Source: Octopus bimaculoides (lineage: Eukaryota). From it: DNA of 41,071 nt. Positions 1 to 11,776 of the stretch are shown here, piece after piece. The notes below the pieces were generated by a model. That model ran no database searches. It was not told where the DNA came from and saw nothing but the letters and a program-made list of their open reading frames with translations. Each line of letters begins with the position of its first letter. The first letter of the stretch is position 1. Both the position numbers and the translations under genes were made by a program. The stretch covers positions 22,615,958-22,657,028 of the forward strand of contig NC_068989.1 in the NCBI RefSeq assembly GCF_001194135.2, given 5' to 3'.

Positions 1-29
1 ATATATATAAACGTATATGTAGATATATT

Positions 30-190
30 TATATGTGTATGTATGTATGTATGCATGTATGCATGCATGCATGCATGTATGTATGTATGGATGGATGGAT
101 TGATGAATGTATGTATGTGTGTATGTATGTATGTTTGTATGTATGTATGTATGTATGTATGTATGTATGTATGCTTGTACGTATGTGTTT
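30..190. repeat. (TATG)n microsatellite
   Basis: Direct tandem TATG/CATG units; explains ORF 43..225. Confidence 0.95.
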
Positions 191-640
191 GTCAAGTCAC
201 TCTTAGTGCTACTGGCAACATGTAACCCAGTACATGAGACAGGTCGAGGTGTCGATGACTAAACCGGCAACCTCCACGACGGTTGCTTAGCAGCGTAGAA
301 GGTTTGCGTTGGATGAAAGACAAAAGCTATGAAAAGACAGATGCGTCAATGGTCGTCCAACAGCTAAGAGTGGGAGAGCTCTAGTCTTCCTTTAGACATC
401 TCTCTAGAGAAAGAAATTTCGAAATAACACGCAGCGCTTTATTGCGACGTCGGCGATCATGCCCTTAAGTTATTTCTGGAGTACTTGACTTTGCAGAGGA
501 AAGTTTTACCAGTGTTGTGCGAAGAGTTAATGATTTGAAATTTCAGCACGGACATTGCTGGCGGTCATTGTCTTTCTTTAACATCCTGGATAAGATAATT
601 TGTCACTAATGGTCACCTTCGTCTACGAGTTGACAGCCAC
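190..640 (+). mobile_element. Possible LINE (RTE-like) 5' UTR remnant
   Basis: More GC-rich non-simple segment between microsatellites. CTCTCTAGAGAAAGAAATTTCGAAAT loosely resembles RTE 5' UTR motifs as I recall them; no protein motif found. Confidence 0.2.
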
Positions 641-641
641 C

Positions 642-747
642 ATGTATGTATGTATGTATGTATGTATGTATGTATGTATGTATGCATGTGTGCGTGTGTG
701 CATGAGTGTGCTTGTGCGTATATACATACATACGTACATACATATGT

Positions 748-790
<43 letters not shown>
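642..790. repeat. (TATG)n plus (CA)n compound microsatellite
   Basis: Direct inspection. Confidence 0.95.
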
Positions 791-791
<1 letters not shown>

Positions 792-910
792 CTTAGCTGC
801 TTTCTCGTATACAAGCAAAGCTATTGCTAGAAAGAATCATTGAAATGAGTCAATGTTGATGTAATGTGAGGCCCTTGTCTGACTCTTGAGCCCGGCGAAT
901 GTTTTTTCAG

Positions 911-964
911 ATTCTATTACATAATGCACAGCTGTTCTGGCTGGCAGAAGAAACAGGTGCCACA
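911..964 (+). CDS. Candidate 54-nt internal coding exon, unknown protein
   Basis: Acceptor GTTTTTTCAG at 901-910 and donor GTATGA at 965. Two frames are open: FYYIMHSCSGWQKKQVP or ILLHNAQLFWLAEETGAT. Confidence 0.3.
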
Positions 965-1061
965 GTATGAACTCTTTTGACATACCTTTTCAATCCTCCA
1001 ACTTAGAGGCACATCTTTCCTTTATATATATATATATAATACAAATATATGCGTTCTATTA

Positions 1062-1372
1062 TGTAATACAAATAATATATGAGTATATGCATATATATGT
1101 ACATGTATGTACATACCTTCATCTACATGTATATATAGATGCATATCTAGGTACAGGACGTTGCAAAAAAATGGACAAAATGATAAACAGAGTACAGAAA
1201 ACACACTGGCTACATAGAGAACATTTCCTTCTTCAGCTGCCACCATTCTAACACTGGCGTTTCAAAGAGTTGGAGCAGGATGCATCGTTAAAATGGCTCT
1301 TCCCACGGACAACAAATTAAATTTGTACCATGGAGGATAGTGGCGGACGGAAAACAAGACAGGAAAACGAAA
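1062..1372 (-). repeat. Interspersed repeat family X, copy 1 ((TA)n-tailed)
   Basis: Shares CATCTACATGTATATATAGATGCATATC..GGTACAGGACGTT and TTCAGCTGCC with 7850-8021 and, inverted, with 21690-21960. Confidence 0.8.
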
Positions 1373-1744
1373 TGTATGTATACATACATGAACACACATA
1401 TATGTGTGTGCCTATGTGCATGTCATTATTCAGTTTTACTTCAAGATATTTTTTGCCAACAGAGAAAGAACCGGATTCTAACTTAGATCCAAGACTCCTT
1501 CATTGAAGTTTTGATTGTTAATTTTTTTTTTAAATGTATTTTAAAATACATCGAGTTTTCTCTACATTGTGAAGGGAGACAGTATAAGTTTTAGGTGACA
1601 CTTTGGTGTTATCAGATACATGACAGCTTCTCTAGTGCCAGCAGTACCTCAATAAAAATACACTCAGACCATTCTGTAAAGTGACTAGCAATAGGAAATT
1701 TATTCAGTCATAAAAACCATACCAAAAAAAGTAAAACATACGCG

Positions 1745-2105
1745 GTGGCGGCAGTGGTGGTGATGATGTTGATAGGGGCAAGTAACTTTCAATAAGAACT
1801 GACTTGTATTTTGAAGACTCGCCAAACCATGTGAAAAATGATGATGATGATGAGAAAGAGAAGGATGGGGAGGAGGAGGATAGTGGTAGTAGTAGGGACG
1901 AGAGCTACGACGATGATGATAATGTCGACAACGACGGCGGCGGCCGTGGGGGTAGTGGCAGTGCTGATGCTATTGATGGTGATGCTGGTGGTATGGTGAT
2001 GCCTGTGGTGCTGGTGCTTGAGTGGTGGTGGTGGTGGTGGTATGACGGTGGCGAAGATGATGATGGTGGTGGTGGTGGTGGTGGTGGTGGTTGTCGTCGT
2101 CGTGC
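1745..2105. repeat. Mosaic (GGT/GAT/GAG)n trinucleotide low-complexity tract
   Basis: Degenerate triplet runs; produces the poly-D/G/W and poly-P/S/H ORFs. Confidence 0.85.
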
Positions 2106-2203
2106 TCGCCTGTTTTTTGCTTCTTTTTTCTTCTTAATTACAAAAAGGAAAAAAAATACTGGCGCAAATTTGTAATGTGTAATGGTTTTCTTTTTTGACT
2201 CAG

Positions 2204-2333
2204 GTGTGAAATTCTTCACCCCAAATGCGTGATTCGTAAAACCGACAACGTGATCTCATTGACAGCAGCTCAACAGTCAATAGTCACTCCTTGGCTTTAC
2301 AATCCCCTGAACTACCATTCACTATTAACCTAG
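2204..2333 (+). CDS. Candidate terminal coding exon, unknown protein
   Basis: Acceptor TTTTCTTTTTTGACTCAG ending at 2203. Open frame CEILHPKCVIRKTDNVISLTAAQQSIVTPWLYNPLNYHSLLT then TAG at 2331-2333; AATAAA at 2407. Phase-compatible with 911-964. Confidence 0.3.
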
Positions 2334-2411
2334 AGAAAAGTTATTTTATTTAATTAAAACACAAATTTCACTGAATACTAACAGATTGTATTTTTTATTA
2401 GATATAAATAA

Positions 2412-2648
2412 AGAGTGGCTGTGTGGTAAGTAGCTTGCTTACCAACCACATGGTTCCCCCCAACTTCGCTTGACAACCGATGGTGGTGTGTTTACGTCCC
2501 CGTAACTTAGCGGTTCGGCAAAAAGAGACCGATAGAATAAGTACTAGGCTTACAAAGAATAAGTCCTAGGGTCGATTTGCTAGACTAAAGGCGGTGCCCC
2601 AGCATGGCGGCAGTAAAATGACTGAAACAAGTAAAAGAGTAAAGAGTA
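2412..2648 (+). mobile_element. tRNA-derived SINE family A, internally deleted copy
   Basis: Head GAGTGGCTGTGTGGTAAG joined directly to the 3' half CCCCCAAC..GCTTGACAACCGATG..GAAACAAGTAAAAGAGT seen inverted at 8681 and 20616. Confidence 0.9.
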
Positions 2649-2655
2649 AAAATTA

Positions 2656-2692
<37 letters not shown>

Positions 2693-3027
2693 CACCATAC
2701 ATATACATGAATACTCTGCTATCGTACATTTGGCATGCAATACATCCAGATCTATGTTATATTTATCGTCGCTATTCATGCAGAAATATATGTCTGTTTT
2801 GTAAACATCTTGTTTTTCGTTTGTACTTTTCTTTTTCGTAAATGACGTAAATAGAGTTATTTAGCCTTACCTGTCCTCACTTATTCTGTCATTATTTTTG
2901 ATTCGGTTGGTTAGGCAAAATTAGTTTTGTTTATTTATGGAAGTATACAAAATATGTGTTTTGGATATTTTTCTGTCACTAGATTATTATTTATTTACTT
3001 ATTGCTCTTAATATAGAGAAATGTTTA

Positions 3028-3240
3028 GGTGAGTAGCTGGCAGAATCGTTAGCGCGCCAAGAAAAATGCTTAGCGGCATTTCGTCCATCTTTACGTTCTG
3101 AGTTCAAATTCCGCCGGTGTCGACTTTCATCTTTTCGAGGTCAATAGAATAAGTATCAATTAGGCATTGGGGTTGAAGTAATCAACTGGTCCCCTTCCCC
3201 GTAAATTTCAGGCCTTGTGTCTATAGTAGAAAAGAATATA
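3028..3240 (+). mobile_element. tRNA-derived SINE family B
   Basis: GCTGGCAGAATCGTTAGC (A-box-like), GAGTTCAAATTCC (B-box) and tail AGGCCTTGTG..AGTAGAAA. Confidence 0.9.
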
Positions 3241-3329
3241 AAGAAAAGGCGACAAAACTCCCACCACATCAGCAAGAGTTTTGTTGAGTCAGATGTTGCG
3301 ACTTTAGTCCAGATTTTCTACTGTTCTCA

Positions 3330-3470
3330 ATGCTCGATCTTGCCGCACTACTCGTCCTCTGTCTTGAGCCAGATGTAATGGTTGCTTTCTCAGCGCTTCC
3401 GATAATTTCCTAGCAATATCATTTGTTTCCTACGCAGATAGTCCTTGGTTTTCCATGAGGAGTTAGTAGA
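3330..3470 (-). mobile_element. HERO/NeSL-like LINE extreme C-terminal remnant
   Basis: Minus strand reads, with frameshift, LSEA..KA..YIWLK, resembling the terminal AAEKASxWLWLKR motif. Confidence 0.35.
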
Positions 3471-3724
3471 CGAATTAAATAATTCGCATTACTGGTTATT
3501 AATTGACAATAATTAATATAAGCGCCACAAAAGCAACCCTTTTATAGAATATAGTAAAACTAAAAATGTAACAACCAGCATATAAACAATCGGCCGGAAA
3601 TACATCAGTGTTTTCAACATTCAGAAATATGAATCTAAATACTATATTTGCAACATGGCTGAATACTGCTTGAAAGTGCTTGCTTGCTCGATTTCTAATT
3701 TAATTTTACTACTATTAGAAATAA

Positions 3725-3952
3725 CTATTTATAGCCCACAGGGGGCTAAACATAGAAGGGACAAACAAGGACAGACAAACGGTTTCAGTCGATTACATCG
3801 ACCCCATTGTGTACCTGGTACTTACTTAATCGACCCCGAAATGATGAAATGCAGTCGACCTCGGCGGAGTCTGAACTCAGAACGTAACGGCAGACGAAAT
3901 ACCGCTAACTATTTCGTCCGGCGTGCTAACGATTATGCTAGGTTGCCGCCCT
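3725..3952 (-). mobile_element. SINE family B, variant 3' tail
   Basis: GTCGACCTCGGCGGAGTCTGAACTCAGAACGTAA..GTGCTAACGATT is the inverted family B head; the tail differs from other copies. Confidence 0.9.
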
Positions 3953-4049
3953 ATTAGAAACAATAAATTGGTTTAGTGTTAGCACCCTTCGTCGAGATAA
4001 TTACAAGAAAATTTATTCAGTTACGAATGACAGAAATACCCGTTGCAAA

Positions 4050-6040
4050 GCAAAACTCATTAGTTAGTGAATGGGAAATGTGTACAGACGGTCCTGAAGC
4101 AACGGAGAGATTTCGTGATGTATTTTATGCCATTTGCTGGAGTGTACATGGAGCATACTTTAAATGAAATGCTTTAAGACGAAATTAATAAACTTTGTCT
4201 TCAGTTAGCTTTTCTCACTGTCTTGAATTTTGAGTTTGTAAACGCGCCTTTATAAACTTCAAATATGAACCTTAGCTAAACTATTTTAAGACCTTGCAGA
4301 GTAATGAAATGTTATACTATCAAAAGTGGATAGATGCTTCTAGCAAAGAAAATATCCAAGCTTTAGAAAAGGAGATAACTCTTTATTAAAAGCAACAATC
4401 TGAAGTGAAGCAGTGAAATCATGCAACGTTTTGAAGCATATGATTTTGAATGGGAAGTGAGGTTTAGCGTTTTGTGGATCATCATAGAGCATCGCAAATC
4501 TAAAGAATGAAAGCTTCTTATATCTAATAGAATCACTGTCCAGATAAGATTTTATTTCCCAAAGAAAATATGCTATGGGTAGAAGAATACCAAAGAATAT
4601 TAAATTCGTGACCCATCTCTCGAGCCACAAAAATCAGTTTATCAAAGTTCTAAACTTGTTAATCTCGAAAGAATGTCAAGATATTTCGCAGACATTATAG
4701 ATGCAGTTGGTTCTTCCCATGTTAAGCGAACATGTTGTGTTGTATTAGTTTAAAGTACAGTATTGTTTAAAGTACAAGAAAGATTTCTTAAGTTTGCAAG
4801 TAGCAGTCATATACACGGGGAAGAAATTGCTCAGTTAATCATAGACGTCTGGAAGAGCACGCCATTTTTCTGAGCAATTGCAAGGTGCAAAGCATATGAC
4901 ATCAGTAAAATGGATGGAAGTCAAGGGAAAATATTAGAGCAGTGTTCAATGGCAGTTTTTCCCCATGTGACTATCATACTCTCAATTTGTGTGAAACCGA
5001 CGCCACTGAGGGCATTCCTATAATCATTTTAGAACAGTTCTGAGAATTTATAACATTTTAGTTCCGGTCCTGAGTGGTAGGATTTACATAAAAACTGCAT
5101 ACGTTGTTCTGATCACAGCATAACATATACCAACTTGTCAATAGATTTAAAATTATCAAGACTTGCGACATTCACTCAACTGGTATTCAGATAGTCAAAA
5201 CAAGAATTGAAGAGAACGGAGTATTTACATACCTTAAAAGTTGTGTGTGTGTTATTATTGGTTGCATTGACCAGGATATAAGTTTATAACAAGTCATTGG
5301 GGCCAACGGCGTCACATTAAATGTGGAGATATCTAACGTTCAAACACTACTGAAAATTTGATGGAGTTACGAAATAACTGGGAAAGCATACAGATAGAAA
5401 CCAATGAGTTATTTTCAGATCTTGTGATGGAAATAAAACTTTCCCATGGGCGTAGATTCCTGAATCGAAAGAGACAACACTTGAATTCAGCTTGGTGGAA
5501 ATTACATAGGTGATACGCCTGAAAAGGCCTACTACCAGAAAATCTGTTTTATGTATTGATTAATGATGTTATTACAGGATTAGTGCAATTAAGTATTCGG
5601 TCGAAAATTTTGATTTCTGACGGAGGTATCCGACACTGCCTCAAAGTGAACTACAAAAAATATCGAAAGAGTTTGCACATCAATATCCTGCAAGCCTTAG
5701 CAATGATGATTTTCCGACATAAATGTAACATTCATCGAAGGAATTTAAAATAACGTTTCGAGAACACAAAAGAGAAACCTTTAGAGTTGATAGATTTATT
5801 ATCTGACTAAAAATTTCGAGACATTTATTTCCTTATATTTTAGTTAGTTTGAGAATATTGGTGGTATTTCACTTACATCTGTATCAGCAGAAACATCTCT
5901 TAGCAAACGCAAACAGAAAAAAAATTATTATGTATCATACCTCAAATCCGATTGAATTTCAAATGAAGCATTACCTAAGCTAGTGATTCTGATAGTATTG
6001 TTAAAATTTTGGGGATAGAAACCAAAAAAGTAATTTCCTT
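4050..6040 (+). pseudogene. Decayed hAT-family (ZMYM1-like) transposase
   Basis: Fragmented motifs in order: VQERFLKF (about 4775), GEEIAQLI, KILEQ, HTLNLC (about 4975) and a degenerate SAExSxSKxK dimerisation-domain region (5880-5920). Many stops and frameshifts. Confidence 0.7.
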
Positions 6041-6661
6041 AATTGGTTAGGTTTATTGTTTCTTTGTATAATGTATATTGTTATCTTGTCATTGTGATGC
6101 ACAAGCAATGAAGCCTTTACGAAGGTTACCACTGTTTATATTCAGATAAACCATCATGAACCGTGTTGTTCAATTGTGCGTTTATAATCTTACACCAAAC
6201 GATGTCTGCTCTGTTCATACTTAATCATAACCATATTTTTGTAGGAAAGTAAAAAAATACAACTTCAAATTTATATATATATAATATATATATAATTGAA
6301 AGAATTTAGAGTTAACAAGAAAGACTACGGTTGGGCATTAATTTACAATCACTACAATTATTTCTATGTAACATAGTTCTCCAGGCGTGCAGGTACTTGA
6401 TTATACAACCGTTTCCCTGCATTATGAGATCTAGTTGTGTTTCCTCAGGTGATATGTAAATATTGTCTCCGTAAGTTAAAATTAAATATGTATATATATT
6501 TGTGTATGTATGTATGTATGTATGTATGTATGTATGCATGTATGTATGTATGTATGTATGTATGTATGTATATATATATGTATATATATATTTGTGCATA
6601 CATACATAATACATATATATATGTGTATATATATATGTATATATATATATATATATATATA

Positions 6662-6864
6662 NNNNNNNNNNNNNNNNNNNNNNNNNNNNNNNNNNNNNNN
6701 NNNNNNNNNNNNNNNNNNNNNNNNNNNNNNNNNNNNNNNNNNNNNNNNNNNNNNNNNNNNNNNNNNNNNNNNNNNNNNNNNNNNNNNNNNNNNNNNNNNN
6801 NNNNNNNNNNNNNNNNNNNNNNNNNNNNNNNNNNNNNNNNNNNNNNNNNNNNNNNNNNNNNNNN
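6662..6864. other. Assembly gap
   Basis: N-run flanked by (TA)n. Confidence 1.
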
Positions 6865-7017
6865 TATATATATGTATGTATATAAGCAATGTTAATTCTC
6901 TAAATGAAGTATTAACAGTAACTGCACGATAAAGTGTAGTATATTGCCACTTAAGTGTGGCTGACTCCTAGGGGTGGATGTTACTGTATATATACTGTAT
7001 ATATACTGTATATATAC

Positions 7018-7080
<63 letters not shown>

Positions 7081-7217
7081 GTGTATATATATATATAAAC
7101 ATATACGAGGGACTAGCTTCGTGTTACGAACCTACGGAACTTCAGGCTGCATGGAGCTGAATCAAACTATCATTAAATACTTAGATAGGTAGATAGATAG
7201 ATAGATAGATACATACA

Positions 7218-7248
<31 letters not shown>

Positions 7249-7367
7249 TTATATATTTATATATTTATAAAACACGCACATTTATACCATTATTGGAAAA
7301 AAGTTAATTCAGAATTTAAGGTCCAAAATGCAGTAGGAAATTCTCAAATCCATTTTGAAATTATAGC

Positions 7368-7426
<59 letters not shown>

Positions 7427-7700
7427 TGTGTGTCTGATTTACGTTTGAAATTGTTGGCAGTCATTTAATTATATTTTCAGCTGTTAGATTTTTTAAACAT
7501 TTCTGCTTTCCGCTGTCTTTGACAATCCCGCCAATCCAAATTTATTGAATTTATTTTTTGTTTATTTTTCGAAGCATTGAAGCTGTTTTTGAATTTATGA
7601 TGATTACCTTATATATATCTTTTGTTATTTTGTTTATGCTTTAATTGTCTTATCCTTATTATATAATGTGCGTATGTATACACATAAGCATGTATTTATG

Positions 7701-7731
<31 letters not shown>

Positions 7732-7804
7732 TGCGATTATCTGGTAAGCAATGCCGTATTTTAGAATCTGTAAATAATATTTTATAAGCTTTAAGCTTAT
7801 CAAA

Positions 7805-7845
<41 letters not shown>

Positions 7846-7849
7846 TATA

Positions 7850-8019
7850 TAATACAAAGAATATATATGCATGTATACACACATATATGTACATACTTAC
7901 ATCTACATGTATATATAGATGCATATCAAGGTACAGGACGTTAGAAAAATGAACTACAGCCAACGGAACGAACACATAGGAAAACGGATAGCCACTTGGA
8001 GTTATACCTTCATCAGCTG

Positions 8020-8021
<2 letters not shown>
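7850..8021 (-). repeat. Interspersed repeat family X, copy 2 (partial)
   Basis: Homologous to 1062-1240. Confidence 0.75.
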
Positions 8022-8099
<78 letters not shown>

Positions 8100-8254
8100 C
8101 ACATACATGTATACATTATCTATACGATATATGCATTTATGTTCTTTTAGGGTACATATATATTTCTATCTATATGTATATACATATACACAAATGTATG
8201 CAACTGTGTAGCAAGGTTGTGAAGGAAAGTATCTTCTTTTAACCACCATCTTTT

Positions 8255-8580
8255 AAAACTTAAGGAGTTCTTGCAGATTTTTGTAGTCTCAGATGTAGTG
8301 ATCATTTGCAGCAGACGAAGTAAGGGTTTGCATTCACTCCTCAATATACCACGTTCAGCCATACTTTGCTCCAGACGGATTGGTATGTATCCTCATGCTC
8401 CAATAATAATAGGCATGAAGCTGAAAGTGTATCTTGGGTACCGAATTTGTAAACTCCTTATCAATGCTCCATAGATGTCCTTTTAGCCTTTAATTTTTCT
8501 AACCACATTCGTGTCTGGAGGGCAGCTGATTTCCACAACAGAACATACCATTTCTTTGTGGTCTCACAGAACAATATCTG
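8255..8580 (-). mobile_element. REL-endonuclease LINE (R4/Dong/R2-like) 3' fragment
   Basis: Minus strand with frameshifts: CSVVEISCPPDTNVVRK..IRSLQIRYPRYTFSFMPIIIGA..LLQMITTSETTKICK, matching the REL C-terminus. Confidence 0.7.
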
Positions 8581-8680
8581 GCCGTTTGTATGTACGTATG
8601 TATGTATGTATGTATGTATGTATGTATGTATGTATGTATGTATGCATGTATGTATGTATGTATGTATGTATGTATGTATA

Positions 8681-8937
8681 CTCTTTACTCTTTTACTTGT
8701 TTCAGTCATTTGACTGCAGCCATGCTGGAGCACCGCCTTTAGTCGGGCAAATCGACCCCAGGACTTATTCTTTGTAAGCCTAGTACTTATTCTATCGGTC
8801 TCTTTTGCCGAACCGCTAAGTTACGGGGACGTAAACACACCACCATCAGTTGTCAAGCGATGTTGGGGGGGACAAAAACACAGACGCACAAACACACACA
8901 TATATATATATATTCGACGGGCTTCTTTCAGTTTCCG
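8681..8937 (-). mobile_element. SINE family A (5' part lost in gap)
   Basis: CTCTTTTACTTGTTTCAGTCATTTGACTG..CGACGGGCTTCTTTCAGTTTCCG; near-identical to 20616-20960. Confidence 0.95.
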
Positions 8938-9652
8938 NNNNNNNNNNNNNNNNNNNNNNNNNNNNNNNNNNNNNNNNNNNNNNNNNNNNNNNNNNNNNNN
9001 NNNNNNNNNNNNNNNNNNNNNNNNNNNNNNNNNNNNNNNNNNNNNNNNNNNNNNNNNNNNNNNNNNNNNNNNNNNNNNNNNNNNNNNNNNNNNNNNNNNN
9101 NNNNNNNNNNNNNNNNNNNNNNNNNNNNNNNNNNNNNNNNNNNNNNNNNNNNNNNNNNNNNNNNNNNNNNNNNNNNNNNNNNNNNNNNNNNNNNNNNNNN
9201 NNNNNNNNNNNNNNNNNNNNNNNNNNNNNNNNNNNNNNNNNNNNNNNNNNNNNNNNNNNNNNNNNNNNNNNNNNNNNNNNNNNNNNNNNNNNNNNNNNNN
9301 NNNNNNNNNNNNNNNNNNNNNNNNNNNNNNNNNNNNNNNNNNNNNNNNNNNNNNNNNNNNNNNNNNNNNNNNNNNNNNNNNNNNNNNNNNNNNNNNNNNN
9401 NNNNNNNNNNNNNNNNNNNNNNNNNNNNNNNNNNNNNNNNNNNNNNNNNNNNNNNNNNNNNNNNNNNNNNNNNNNNNNNNNNNNNNNNNNNNNNNNNNNN
9501 NNNNNNNNNNNNNNNNNNNNNNNNNNNNNNNNNNNNNNNNNNNNNNNNNNNNNNNNNNNNNNNNNNNNNNNNNNNNNNNNNNNNNNNNNNNNNNNNNNNN
9601 NNNNNNNNNNNNNNNNNNNNNNNNNNNNNNNNNNNNNNNNNNNNNNNNNNNN
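8938..9652. other. Assembly gap
   Basis: N-run. Confidence 1.
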
Positions 9653-9672
9653 TTTTTTTTTTTTTTTTTTTT

Positions 9673-10073
9673 TTTTTTCTTCACCTCTTCCACGTCTGCA
9701 AATTCCGTAGCACCATCTTTCGTCACCCGGGATGGACTTTCGGAAAAAGGTTCCGATCAACTTCCAACTGTTCTTTCAGGTCATGACACGCATTCAGTCA
9801 TGACTGCTTTTGATATTCCGTGAGCAAGCGAGTCACAAATTTGCTGCAACTCTTTTCATTCGCAATTCCTCGCTCAAAATTCTTTGGCACTAGCTCCAGG
9901 ACATACCAGTCATATCAACAAATTTGTCAATTGTTCAGCAACGGTCCTCCAAGATCAGTTCATGAAAATTTCATGATGTCTTCATTCGTTCGGGAGGTCG
10001 ACGTTCGTCCTGAACGAGGTTGATCTTCAAGCGACAAGTGACCATTCCTAAAGCGTGGAAACCACTCGTAAAC
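9673..10073 (-). pseudogene. Mariner transposase remnant with internal deletion
   Basis: VYEWFPRFRNGHLSLEDQPRSGRTSTSRT, KFVTRLLT, DLKEQLEVD and GDERWCYG, fused to the C-terminal FADVEEVKKK. Confidence 0.85.
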
Positions 10074-10274
10074 NNNNNNNNNNAAAAGAGACGGGGGCGG
10101 AAGAGAGAGTATATATATGTATATATATATATATCTCTTCTCCGTCTTTTCTCTCTCTCGTTCTGTGTGTTTATGTGTGTACTTATACACACACACACAC
10201 ACACACTCACACACACACACACACGAATGCACACATATATATGAGCGCGTGCTCATGTATATATATTGATATTC

Positions 10275-10325
<51 letters not shown>

Positions 10326-10426
10326 CATACATACATAGATAGATAGATAGGTATACATATACGTATAGATATACAGGTATACATACATATACGATAAACA
10401 AATCGAGCAGGGGATACATATACATA

Positions 10427-10466
<40 letters not shown>

Positions 10467-10820
10467 TGTGCACGCGCGTGAGTATGTATGAATATGCATA
10501 TGCATATACATATGTATGACTAAGTTATTAACGTGTGCATGCATGTATGTATTTATGTACATATGTATGCGCGCCCGGTTACTGTTTCATCTCTTAACAG
10601 AAAACCCTGTGTTTTATATCTTATCTTATCCGTCAGTCTATACGAATAATTCGCTGCTTATCTGACGTGTCATCACTTGGTCTCTATCTTTCTTATCTTT
10701 GCCGAGCAGTTCCCTGACAACTTCTCTATCTCTTTGTTTAACTTACGATCATCTTATCACTTTCTTTCCCCGGCAACCTTTCCTTTGTGTGTCTTTATTA
10801 AATATTTTATCTTTTTTGTC

Positions 10821-11045
10821 TTTCACTTGCTTCAGTTACTGGACTGCGGCCATGCTGGGGCACTGCCTTGAAAAGTTTTAGTCGAACAAAATGCCACCCC
10901 CAACCCCGAGTACATTTTTTTTTTAAAGCGTGAAACTTATTCTATCGGTTTCGTTTGTCGAAATGCTAAGTAACAGGAGGGTGGGGCGTAAACAAACCAA
11001 CTCCGGTTGTCATGTAGTGGATAACGGTACAAACACAGACACAAA
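10821..11045 (-). mobile_element. SINE family A, diverged copy
   Basis: GACTGCGGCCATGCTGG..CTTATTCTATCGG..ACAAACACAGACAC. Confidence 0.8.
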
Positions 11046-11096
11046 GGCATACACAGGCCATACAGACAGATATATGAATATATGCATACATACTGG

Positions 11097-11127
<31 letters not shown>

Positions 11128-11139
11128 TATAGCTGTTGA

Positions 11140-11270
11140 CTTCTCACTACGACATTAGCTCACACACACTGGCTACTCACACAGCACAAATACATGTAAA
11201 CACCACACATACACATGATATCACCACCACACGCCAACACGCTACCACACATATACACACACAGTTACTG

Positions 11271-11304
<34 letters not shown>

Positions 11305-11420
11305 CACCATACACATGAACGCTATCACAAACACACACACATGCCACCACACACACATGCCACCACACACACATGCCACCACACACATGTCACAACACAC
11401 ACACACATACACAAACACAT
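11140..11420. repeat. CA-rich minisatellite (CATGCCACCACACACA-like units)
   Basis: Tandem imperfect units; source of the His/Thr ORFs. Confidence 0.85.
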
Positions 11421-11424
11421 ATAC

Positions 11425-11716
11425 AGGTACCAACCATTCTTCATACTCTCCTGTCCCAGAAAGCACTTTTTTCTTTTTGTCCATGTACTTCCGGTCATTT
11501 CAAAAATATAATTACACGTAGACTGTTGGAGATTTTTTCCCTCCTCCTTCTTTTTCTTTTGGACTTTCCTATGTCTCCTGTTTCTGAAGAAGAGCTATGC
11601 TCGAAACGTAAAACAACCATTCTTTCCTTTTTTGAGCGTCTTATTAATACACTGCATGTGCTACGTTCTCACGTTCCTGTTTTTTTCTTGTTTTTTTTCT
11701 CCGTTTTTTAATCAAC
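11425..11716 (+). mobile_element. Putative Penelope-like pseudo-LTR or non-autonomous element with (TA)n tail
   Basis: Contains the hammerhead core, then a pyrimidine-rich stretch, then (TA)n at 11717-11776. Boundaries are approximate. Confidence 0.55.
11579..11615 (+). ncRNA. Minimal type I hammerhead ribozyme
   Basis: TGTTT-CTGAAGA-A-GAGC-TAT-GCTC-GAAA-CG-TA-AAACA: stem I TGTTT/AAACA, core CUGANGA, stem II GAGC/GCTC, GAAA, palindromic ACGT stem III, cleavage triplet GUA. Confidence 0.8.
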
Positions 11717-11741
11717 TATATATATATATATATATGTATGT

Positions 11742-11776
<35 letters not shown>

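Noticed and set aside
1804-2219. Acidic/Gly-rich and Pro/His-rich ORFs that look like low-complexity proteins
   Set aside because: They lie wholly in a triplet mosaic that is open on both strands, with no supporting splice structure.
6449-6470. 22-nt segment between CAG and GTAAGT reading VICKYCL (CxxC)
   Set aside because: Not frame-preserving, isolated, and expected by chance at this length.
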